From: Chrysochromulina tobinii
Taxonomy: Eukaryota
Assembly (NCBI GenBank): GCA_001275005.1
Contig: JWZX01003334.1
Location: forward strand, 1 to 57,993
Direction of reading: 5' to 3'
DNA length: 57,993 nt
The notes below the pieces were generated by a model. The model had not been told where the DNA came from and ran no database searches. It was given only the letters and a program-made list of their open reading frames with translations. Of this stretch, positions 41,190-50,369 are shown piece after piece (position 1 is the stretch's first letter; each line of letters begins with the position of its first letter). A program made the translations under genes and the position numbers.

Positions 41190-44100
41190 TCAGCGTTCAG
41201 TCACCTCGAGCTCTGGCCCACACCGAAGCCCCTCGAGCAGCCCATCGATGATGAACTGCCGGAGCACTTCACGGTCCTTCACACCGGTCTGCTTCGGCGA
41301 GATACCGACGAGCCGAGCCGCCTCGCCACCAAATGTCGCCGACCCACCGAGTAGCGACGGCTCGAAGAAGCGCCATGCGAGATGCGGCACCGCATAGACG
41401 AGCGCCAGCACGTCATACGTGTTAAGCGTTTGCACGAGGTCCCAGACCGAATCATTCCCTGAGCGGTCGTTCCCGCTGCCCTTTAGGAAGGTCTTGCAAA
41501 ACCATTCCTTGTCACACCGCGGCGGCAGGCCGAGCCGCGCCTCGCCCGCGGCGTTGCACCGCTTCCAGAGCCCCTCGATCGAGGTGCGCTGCGCCAGGAA
41601 GAGGCGCTCGGCGATCGGGTTCTTCGTGGCGCGCATCACGTCGTACACCTTACGCGGCATCGGGCAACCGTACGCGGCAAAGCGCGTGAGCACGTTGAGG
41701 CGGATGCCGAGCTGCTGCACACGTTGATAGAACTGGAGCGCTGCCGGGAAGTCAAAGGTGTTGTTGTTCGCCGTGTCGGGCTTGAGCAGCCGCTTCGACT
41801 TGTCGGTGGAGCCGCCCTTGCCTGTGAGGGAATCGCTCGAGAGGCGCCGCCTTAGCCCTGCACGGCTGTGCGCCCCCTCCGTGGCACCGCCGTCGGCTGC
41901 CTTGGCCATCTTTTTGAGCGCGTTCTCATCGCCCAGCTCGACAAGGTTGTCGTCGGAGAGCTCAATGCCGCCCATGATGGTCACCGAGTGCACCTTGGCA
42001 GTAAAGAGCGCCTCCTCTGCCTGCAGGAAGCCCCACGCATCCGTCAGAGACGAGATGCACACGCAGAGCACAGTTGCGTCCGCCTCTGCCTTGAGCACGC
42101 GCCGGAGCATCGCGTTCGCGTCGCTCTCGACCTCGGTCTCCGACGCGATGTATGGCGCGGTGCTCGAAAAGGTGTCGACGTGGTCGGTGCGCCCGCCGTC
42201 GGTGCCGACGGCGACGGGCACGTCGGGCAGGCCGAGCACGCGCATCTGCCCCTTGAGGAGGCGCGCGCGCGCGTCGGACGGGTGCAGGTTCGCCACGAGG
42301 CCGATCGGCCGCACGAACCTCTGAGCGACGAGCGAGCGCAGCATGATCATGGCGAGCTCGTCGTCGAGGTCCTGCCCCGGGTCGGTGAAGACGATCATCG
42401 GGTACGGGTCGGGCAGTGACGAGACGCCCGCGAGGGACGCAGAATGGATGAGCCGCATGAGCTCCTTTGGCCGCCGTACGCCGGCGAGCGCCTCGGATTG
42501 GCCAAAGAGCACATGGATGGCCACGCCGGCGTCATACTCGTGCTCGGGCTCGTCTGCAAAGAGGCGGTAGCGCAGCTGGGGCACCGACGCGCACACAGCG
42601 ACGCAGTCGTACATGTTGAACGAGGCAATGTACTCCCACGGTGTCGCGCCGAGCGGAGGCGGGCTCCCGCCGCAGAAGACTTGGCCGAACCAGTCGGCAG
42701 TGCAGCGCTCAGGCATGCCAGCGCGCTCGGCCGAGCCGACAGGCGCCTGCACGCGATGCCACAGCTCGTCGATCGCGCGGCGCTGCGACGCCTTGAGCTC
42801 CTTCGCAAAGGGCGAGTTGGTGCGCGCCAGCTCGTCGTAGAGCGCCGCCGGCACCGCCGCGGCATACACGGCGTGCCGTCCGACGACGATGAGCGGCACG
42901 CCGAGCTCCTGCAAGCGCTGGAAAACGTACTCGGAGGCTTCGGGGTCGGCAACGTGCTGAGGGTGTGTCGGGTCGGGCCGTAGGTACGACTCGGTGCCGC
43001 TGTACGCCTTTGCGTTCGTGAGCGCGTCGACGCCGGCGGTGGTCGCCGAGACGGCGCCGAGCATGCACACGCACTTGAGCTTGCGGGCGATCCCCTCGCC
43101 GCGCTCGCGGAGCATGGCCGCGAAGTCGGTGGGCGCGCAGAGCAAGTTGACGATGAGCGTGTAGTCGGCGACATGGGGATCATCGAGCACCCGGTAGAAT
43201 GCGCGCGCCGCGTCGAGCACGGCGAGCTCGGGCCGCGGCGGGGCGAGGTTAGGCGAGCCGTTGGAGCCGTCGGAGCCGTCGGAGCCGTTGGAGCCGTTGG
43301 AGCCGTTGGAGCCGTCGGAGCCGTTGGAGCCGTTGGAGCTCTTTGCGGGCGGCGTGTAGCCCTCGCACTCGGCGCCGACCCCGAAGACGACGCCGTGCTC
43401 GAAGCCCAGGGAGACGATTACCGCATGCGCCCGGCTCGTTCGGCCGACAGGGCCGGCGCCGCTCAAGATGATGGCATGCTGCGCGCACGGCAACGCACGC
43501 AAGCAGCGGCGCGCGTGAGAGGTGACGGCTGGACTCTGGGCGAGAGAGCTGGCGGGTGGTGGGTACTGGGCGGCGTAGCGCGGTGTGTTCCTCTCAGGTT
43601 GGCGCACCGTGCGGACGAACTCGAGCGTCTCGAGCCCACGGAGCATGAAGAGCGCGACCTCGTCGCCCGTGTCCTCCTGCCGCCCGCCGAAGTCGGTGAA
43701 CACGACAAGCGACAGCGGCTGCACCTTCGAGTGACCCTTGCCGTCAGTCGTCGCGCGCAGGTCGGCCTCGGCGGAGAGTAAGTCCTTGGCCCAGCCGCGC
43801 TTGGGCGATTTGAGCCCTTTGCCCGCCTCGAGCCGCGGTGTAGTCGACGGGGCCGAGCTCTGCGGGCAAGATGCGTCGAAGCCGCCCCAGTCGCCCTCTT
43901 CGTCGCCCGCGTCCAGGCCACTGTGCTCCATGACGCGGCCGACCTTCTCGTTGAGCAGCCCTATCATGTTTCGCAGCTCACGGGCAGTAAGATCGCGGTC
44001 CGATTCGCCGCGCCTGCGCATCGCCATGTCTTGCACCTCCTTCTCGCGCAGCTTCGCCTCCACACGGCGAGCGAACTCGAGCCCGGGCGTGACCTGGCGG

Positions 44101-44213
44101 GCAAAGCTGCTTTTGGCGACGAAGTATGTGGCGAGCGTGCCGATGACGCCACCCACCAGCCCCAGGACCAGCGAGAGCGTGAGCAGAGCACCGTCTGAGA
44201 GGCCCGTCGACAT
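41190..44213 (-). CDS. Membrane-anchored protein with two XopQ/HopQ1-like nucleoside-hydrolase-fold domains; probable in-frame intron 43479-43607
   Basis: N-terminal TM (LLTLSLVLGLVGGVIGTLATYFV); domain 2 IVFTDPGQDLDDE, VTIMGG, PDTANNNTFD, FYQRVQQLGI..LTRFAAY, LNTYDVLA; domain 1 is a parallel, diverged copy (VFTDFGGRQEDTGDE...LQELGVP..GRHAVY...FNMYD). Confidence 0.78.
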   Translation of the reverse strand: MSTGLSDGALLTLSLVLGLVGGVIGTLATYFVAKSSFARQVTPGLEFARRVEAKLREKEVQDMAMRRRGESDRDLTARELRNMIGLLNEKVGRVMEHSGLDAGDEEGDWGGFDASCPQSSAPSTTPRLEAGKGLKSPKRGWAKDLLSAEADLRATTDGKGHSKVQPLSLVVFTDFGGRQEDTGDEVALFMLRGLETLEFVRTVRQPERNTPRYAAQYPPPASSLAQSPAVTSHARRCLRALPCAQHAIILSGAGPVGRTSRAHAVIVSLGFEHGVVFGVGAECEGYTPPAKSSNGSNGSDGSNGSNGSNGSDGSDGSNGSPNLAPPRPELAVLDAARAFYRVLDDPHVADYTLIVNLLCAPTDFAAMLRERGEGIARKLKCVCMLGAVSATTAGVDALTNAKAYSGTESYLRPDPTHPQHVADPEASEYVFQRLQELGVPLIVVGRHAVYAAAVPAALYDELARTNSPFAKELKASQRRAIDELWHRVQAPVGSAERAGMPERCTADWFGQVFCGGSPPPLGATPWEYIASFNMYDCVAVCASVPQLRYRLFADEPEHEYDAGVAIHVLFGQSEALAGVRRPKELMRLIHSASLAGVSSLPDPYPMIVFTDPGQDLDDELAMIMLRSLVAQRFVRPIGLVANLHPSDARARLLKGQMRVLGLPDVPVAVGTDGGRTDHVDTFSSTAPYIASETEVESDANAMLRRVLKAEADATVLCVCISSLTDAWGFLQAEEALFTAKVHSVTIMGGIELSDDNLVELGDENALKKMAKAADGGATEGAHSRAGLRRRLSSDSLTGKGGSTDKSKRLLKPDTANNNTFDFPAALQFYQRVQQLGIRLNVLTRFAAYGCPMPRKVYDVMRATKNPIAERLFLAQRTSIEGLWKRCNAAGEARLGLPPRCDKEWFCKTFLKGSGNDRSGNDSVWDLVQTLNTYDVLALVYAVPHLAWRFFEPSLLGGSATFGGEAARLVGISPKQTGVKDREVLRQFIIDGLLEGLRCGPELEVTER
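43255..43337. repeat. 9-bp coding minisatellite (GSN/GSD)x~9
   Basis: ggagccgt(t/c) tandem units inside nucleoside-hydrolase-like domain 1. Confidence 0.9.
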
Positions 44214-44359
44214 TACATCCACGAGAAGAAGTTCCTTATGAATACCCAAACCCAAAAAAGGCTTTCCGCAAACTTTGCGATCTCGCATAGCGTGAGACAT
44301 CGTGCGAGGATCGACTGCAACGTTGCTGTTCACAGTCCGCTTTCCTGCAGTGTCCTGGT

Positions 44360-44383
44360 TCAAGTCAAGTCAAGTCAAGTCAA
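44360..44383. repeat. (TCAAG)n microsatellite in divergent intergenic region
   Basis: tcaag x4 plus tcaa, between head-to-head genes. Confidence 0.9.
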
Positions 44384-44455
44384 TGCAAGTGACGGCCCGC
44401 GAACTGCACCTGCGAACGCGCTCGCTCGAGGCCACGAGCGTGACCCGTACTCGCG

Positions 44456-47400
44456 ATGCTCGTGACTGCCCTATTCATCGCAGCTGTAAACAATCACGTG
44501 GCATGTACACGCCAATGCAGCACAAATGTGTTCGACGACGACGATGCTGTGCCGCAGCCGCAGCCGCTCTCCGTCTCTCCACGCAAAGGTCCGACGCTCG
44601 GTGGCACGCGCATGCGCCTCGAGGGACTGCGGCTCTCCTCGATTTCGTCGGTTGAGATCGCCATGCCCAACAGCCCGCCAGTCGTGTGCAGTGGCCTTCG
44701 CCACATTGCCGACAACCTCGTCGAGTGCAGGACGGGTGCTGTGCCAGCTGAGGGCGAGGGCCAGATCCTGGTGCGGGTGCCGTGCCCACCTCCAAAGGAT
44801 GGCAGGGCGGACAGCAGCATGCACGACTGCGTGCTGACGCGCCTGCGCTACGACTACGTGGCGCTCGCGCTCGGTGAGCTGACTCCCGATGGAGGCCCGC
44901 CTGCCGGCGGCACGCTGATCACTGTGCGCGGCGCCAACTTCGACCTCAACCAGCTGAGCTTCAGCGTGAGCATCGGCGGCACGCCGTGCACAGGCGTAAA
45001 GGTCGAGCGGCAGGACGCGCTCACGTGTAGCACGGGTGTGCTCACGGTGCCGCGAGAAGAGCTGCTGGGAGAACCGGCGCGTGTGGATGTGAGTGTGAGG
45101 ACGGGCGACCAGCTCGACGACATCCACAATGTGACAGCCCTCACCAACGACGGCCGGCAAGGCCACCCGGCCTTTGTCTACTACGCCCCGCCGCGCGTGA
45201 CGCAAGTGTGGCCGAATGTGGGCCCTGTGGAGGGCGGTACGAGCCTTACCATCCGCGGCCGCGGCCTTGCCGACACTGTGGCTGTGAACGTCCGCGGCGC
45301 GGCGTGCGCCTACGTGAAGCCGAACGAGGGTGCGTGGGCTGGGGCTCTTGAACCCCCGAAGCTTCTCTGGCGTCTGCGCTGCCGTGTGGCGCTCCTTGTT
45401 GACCCCTTTTCGACCCCTGACCAATGCGGATCGAGCCATGCCTCTGTGAATTCACACTGTGAGCAGCGACGCCCGACGCAGAGCTGTCGTGCTTCACTAC
45501 GCGCGCGTCGGCTGGCATGGGTCCGGTGGAGGTGACGAGCAAGCGTGGAGGTCGCGCCCTCCGGTTTGGAGAGCACCTGACGTTTCGGTACGCGCTGCTG
45601 CCACACATCGAGAAGGTGCTCCCCTCCTCTGTGTCGGTCGTCGGCGGCACCGTGTTGCAGCTGCACGGCAGTAGGCTAGGCGACACTCCATCAGAGCTTC
45701 TCGCGGTGCTCATCGACGGGCGGCGGTGTGGAACTCTCACCTGGGACTCGCCCTCGCTGATCGGGTGTACGGCTCCCGACCTCGAGCGTGCCGACGGCAG
45801 CGCGGGCGCACCGTCCGTCGACGTCGTCGTGTACGTCGCGGCAGTCGCGGCAGCCGCGGCGCCTGACGCGCCGCGGCGGCGTCTGGTTGTGGAAGACGTG
45901 ACGAAATTGGGCGAGGTGCTGCCCTCGGCGGCGTACAAATTGGTCGTGGCGAGCCAGCCGCGCGTCGCACAGATCACGCCCTCCTCCGGCCCCCTCTCGG
46001 GCGGCACGCGCGTCACGCTCACAGGCTCCAGCCTCGGGTCATCGAAGGAGGACATCCTCAACGTGACGATCGGCACCGTGCAATGCACGAGCATCTTCCT
46101 CGCCGAGAAGCACAAGGAACTCAAGTGCACGACCGGACGCGCCGAGCGCGTGGGCGCTGCGCCGGTGCGCATAGTGACCACCTCCCGCGGCCGCTCCCTC
46201 AGCCACCCGCCGCCGCCCACCTTCATCTACCTGCCCAGCGGGCTCGCTGGCGGCCCACACGGCGGCGCGGCGGCGGGCGGCGGCTTGGCAGCGCCTGCCG
46301 AGGAGCTGAGTGCGAACGCGTCGGGCAGCTGCTGCGGGCGCTCTGCCTCCGCCGCCGTCGATGGCAGCCTCCGAACGGAGTGGCGCTCGCCGGTAGAGCC
46401 CACCACGACGCCTACAACCCTCACGCTCGATCTGGGTCGGGCGCGTTGGGTGGGCCGGCTCGACGTGGCCTGGGGGTGGGAGTACGCCCCCGCGGAGTGG
46501 GCTGTGCTCCTCTCGAGAGACGCGCAGGCGTGGGAGGAGGTCGTCGAGGCGCCGGCGTTGGTGGACGGTGCGGGTAGTGCCGTAGCGGCGCCCGATACGG
46601 CGCCGAGTACGACCGCTACTACGCCACTCGTGAGTTGTGGCGGCCATAGCGCCCCCGACTGCGGCGCGTGCCCTCGGTGCGGTGCCGAGTGGTGCGGCGC
46701 CGCCTGGTGCGGAGGCGACTGCCAATGGGAAGCGCCGCCGCCGCCCTGGCAGTTGGTGCCCCCCACCTCGCGCGTGCCGAGACGGCGCGAGCAGAGCGCG
46801 GCGGACGCTGAGGAGGAGGCTGGGATGAGTGAGGGGCGCGCCGCCAATGCAGATGGCCATTCTGGAGGAGGCGAGGAGCCCACTGGTTCCGAAACCGTCG
46901 TCGGTAGCACAGAGGCTGCCGATGGTAGCGTGGAGAGCGGCGACGAGGGCGGCGGCGGCGAGGAGAACGGCGGCAGCGGAGGCGGCGATGCGGGTACGTG
47001 CGTGGTGCGTCCAGCAGCGCCAGGTGTGACGCGCGAGCGGCGCTCCCTGATGAGCGAGGCCTGCCGCCGAGCGCTGCAGGCGGAGCCACGCCTCCAGCTG
47101 TGGAAGAACAATCGCAGTAGCGATCGCAGTAGCAATAGCATTGGCCACGGCTGCCACCTCGCACGCTACGTGCGCCTCGTGCTCACGCGAAAGCAGCCCG
47201 AACTTGCTTCGGATCCGATCATCGTCAAGGAGGCCGCTGTCATCGGTCTCGAGGCGTTCGTCGACGGAGCGATCGCGCACGCCATCGCCGAGGACGACGA
47301 GGCACAGGCTGCCGAGCATACAGCGGGCAGCGGCGTCGGTGGTGGCGGCGGTAGCGGAAGCGGCGGCACCCGAGCGAGGAATAGGACACTAGCCGGCAAC

Positions 47401-49780
47401 GCGAGGTCCGACGAGGCCGCGATGGGCGGCGGCGCCCCGGAGCCGCCTGCGGCGAGCTTGCTGCCCCCATGGGCACAGAGTGTGCTGCCGCTGCTGCAGC
47501 CGTCGTTCCAATTTGAGGCTGTGGGGATCGGGGGCTTGGACGCGGAGCTCCGGGAGCTCTTCCGGCGTGTCGTGATGCCACGGCTCGTCTCGCCCGCCAC
47601 GCGTGCGGCGCTCCGACTTCAAGTCGTGCGCGGCGCTCTGCTGCATGGCCCGCCTGGCACGGGCAAGACCCTCACAGCCCGAAAGATTGCGGACCTGCTC
47701 CATGTGCCACCCGAGCGCACGACGGTCGTTGATGGCCCTGCGCTTGTCTCAAAATTCCTAGGAGAAAGCGAGAAGAATATGCGCGACCTCTTCGTGCCAG
47801 CACAGCTGGAACAAAAGAGCAAGGGCGCCGCCTCCAACCTGCACATCATCATCTTTGATGAGCTCGACGCCCATCTGCCGTGCACGCGGCCACACCGACC
47901 AGAGCGCCGGGCTTGTGTACGACTCTCTGGTCAACCAACTCTTGAGCTTGTTGGACGGCGTGGCGCCACTCGACAATGTGCTGCTGCTCGGGATGACGAA
48001 TCGCAAGGATCTGATTGACGAAGCCCTGCTGCGCCCGGGTCGCTTCGAGGTGCAGCTCGAGCTCAAGCTCCCCGATCTCGCGGGGCGTGAGGCCATCCTT
48101 CGCATCCACACAGGCGCCCTCGCCGCCCAGGGGCTGCTCGCGCCTTCGCTCCAGCTGCGCACCATCGCGCAGCGGACGGCCTCGTTTAGCGGCGCGAGCC
48201 TCTCTGGCCTCGTACGCTCGGCGACGAGCCGGGCGCTCTCTCGCGTCGTGGCGGCCCTGCCCAAAGGGGCGACCGAGATCCCCTCCCTCTCGGGCGCGAC
48301 GCTCCGGCTGCGCGCTGCTGACTTCCTCGCTGCCGTACGTGAGGTGAAGAAGGCTCGAGGCCTCTCCCGCGAGGAGCTCCGTCGTTACCGAGGGCCGTTA
48401 CTCCGCCATTCGGACGCGTTTGACGAAGCGTGGCACACGGCGCGCCGACTGGTGGCGCCGTTTGCATCGGCGGCGCCCGTGGCGGCGGCGGCGGCGGCAG
48501 CCTCGTCGACGCGCAGTGTGGACAAGGACAAGGACGGCTTCGGGCGCATCGGCAACATCCTGATCAGCGGGCCGGCAGGTGGGGGGCGCACTTCTTTTGC
48601 GGCTCAGCTCGCGGCCGCGTGCAACTTTTCTTTCGTGCAGGTGCTCTCTGCAGACGAGCTGCGTGGTGCGAGCGAGGGCGCGCGTTTGCATGCGCTCCAG
48701 ACGATGGCGGAGGACGCGGCCGCCTCGGACACCGCGGCCATCGTGCTGGACGACATCGAAAGGTTGCTGGGGCATGTGCTGCTCTCGCACCACCCTGCCG
48801 CGGGAGGCATGCAGGAGACCGTCGAGGCCGCAGGCGCCATGTCACCCGCGATGCTCGAGGCCCTGCTGGCGCTGCTGCGCCGGCCGCCGCCACGTGGGCG
48901 CTCCCTCGTCATCATCGGAACGACTGCCCACTACCCGCTCATCGCACGCACGTCGCTGCTCCATGCTTTTGACGCGCGTGTCGAGCTGCCTCCGCTGGAG
49001 CACCCGGCCGGCGTGTATGAGCTGCTCAGGCTCGCGGGCGCAACACCGGCGCGCGCGGCGGCGGCGGAGGTGGAGGCGGCGGCGCCCGATATGGTACTTG
49101 ATGAGATGGCTGAGGCGGTGCCAGTTGGGGCCACGATCAAGCAAGTGCTGCGCGCGCTCGAACTCTCGCGCATGCCCGAGGAGGAGGCGGAGACGAAGGG
49201 GGCAGAGGCGGAGGGGGCAGAGGCGGAGGTGGAGGATGCCGAGAAGGCGTCGATCGAAGCGGAGGAGGCCGCACTTAGCGCTGCGGAGGCCGCCCTAGCC
49301 GCCGAAGAGGCCAAGCAGAAGGCCGCGGCGTCATCGGAGAGTGCGGCAGCGACGCGCGCGACTTCATCGGACGGCGCCTTGCTGACGGCGACGGTGAGTG
49401 CAGAGGGCGTCGCCCGTGTCGACGAGACGGCGGAGAGCGGCGAGGCGGCGGCGTCGGAGGAGGAGGCAGAGCCGGCGGGGGAGGCTGAGGCGGGCAACGC
49501 AGAGGACGAAGAGGACGACGACGACGAGTCGCCTGTCATGGTGACCGAGCCACTTCTCTACGTACCCGTCGACGTCGCGCGCTTCCGCGAGCTCCTTAGT
49601 CTCTCTCCGTGGGCGCTCCGTCTCAAGGAGCACGGAGGCGGTGGCGCGCGCACGCCGGTGGCACACGTGCATGTGGTTGGTGCCAACGAGACGATGCCCA
49701 CGGAGGCTGTACGGTGGGCCGGCGTGCCGAGCCGGAGCCGCGGTGAGGGGCATCACACTGACAACGCGGAGCAGTTCTGA
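44456..49780 (+). CDS. IPT/TIG x4 - discoidin (F5/8C) - NSF/Sec18-like double AAA+ ATPase fusion; intron 45330-45481; +1 frameshift at ~47872
   Basis: SP..GP..GGT...G IPT repeats; AVDG..TEW..LTLDLG..ARYVRL discoidin; GIGGLD..LFRR..R..P, GPPGTGKT, LHIIIFDELDA|ICRARG, VNQLLSLLDGV, GMTNRKDLIDEALLRPGRFEV (NSF D1); D2 with IVLDDIERL. Intron G|GTGCGT...ACGCAG|AG restores the frame. Confidence 0.85.
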
Positions 49781-50369
49781 GAGCCGAGAGCGGTGAAGAG
49801 CGGTGACGTTTTGCGCTCTTCATCTTTGAGCGGCCTCTCCTGGATACAGCGTAAGATGTGCAAGTTGGCAGGACGGGACGTTTGTTTCGTTTACGTTGAG
49901 GATCGGGATCGCGCGGGGAACGCGCTACGGACGCTTCACGCTAGAACCGAAGCCAACGGTCTAGCCGAGCTAGAATATCGGTGGTAAGCGGCATAGAAAA
50001 ATATATAGTATACACGCAACCGGTCCGGTTAACGCATTTAACGGCGCGCGACCTCGCACAAGCGAAGAGGCTCGCCGACGACGCGGTCGCGCGCGCGCTG
50101 CCAGCGTGGACGGTGGAGTCTCAAGCGCTGAGACGGACGTCGACGTGCCTCGGAAAGGTAGCCGCGAAACGGCCAAACAACGTTTCCAATCACTTGCGTT
50201 CGCTGTCCGGCAGGCTCAACACCTCAAACACATGTTTCGAGATCGTGAATGTGATTCCGACGGCTATCATGCATGTTTGCCCCTCGGCCGCGGGGCCTAC
50301 AAACCGCCACCCCGCCTTGCCTGCCACCGCCGCCTACGAATCTACGTCCTCTGCTGCTCGCCACGGCGT

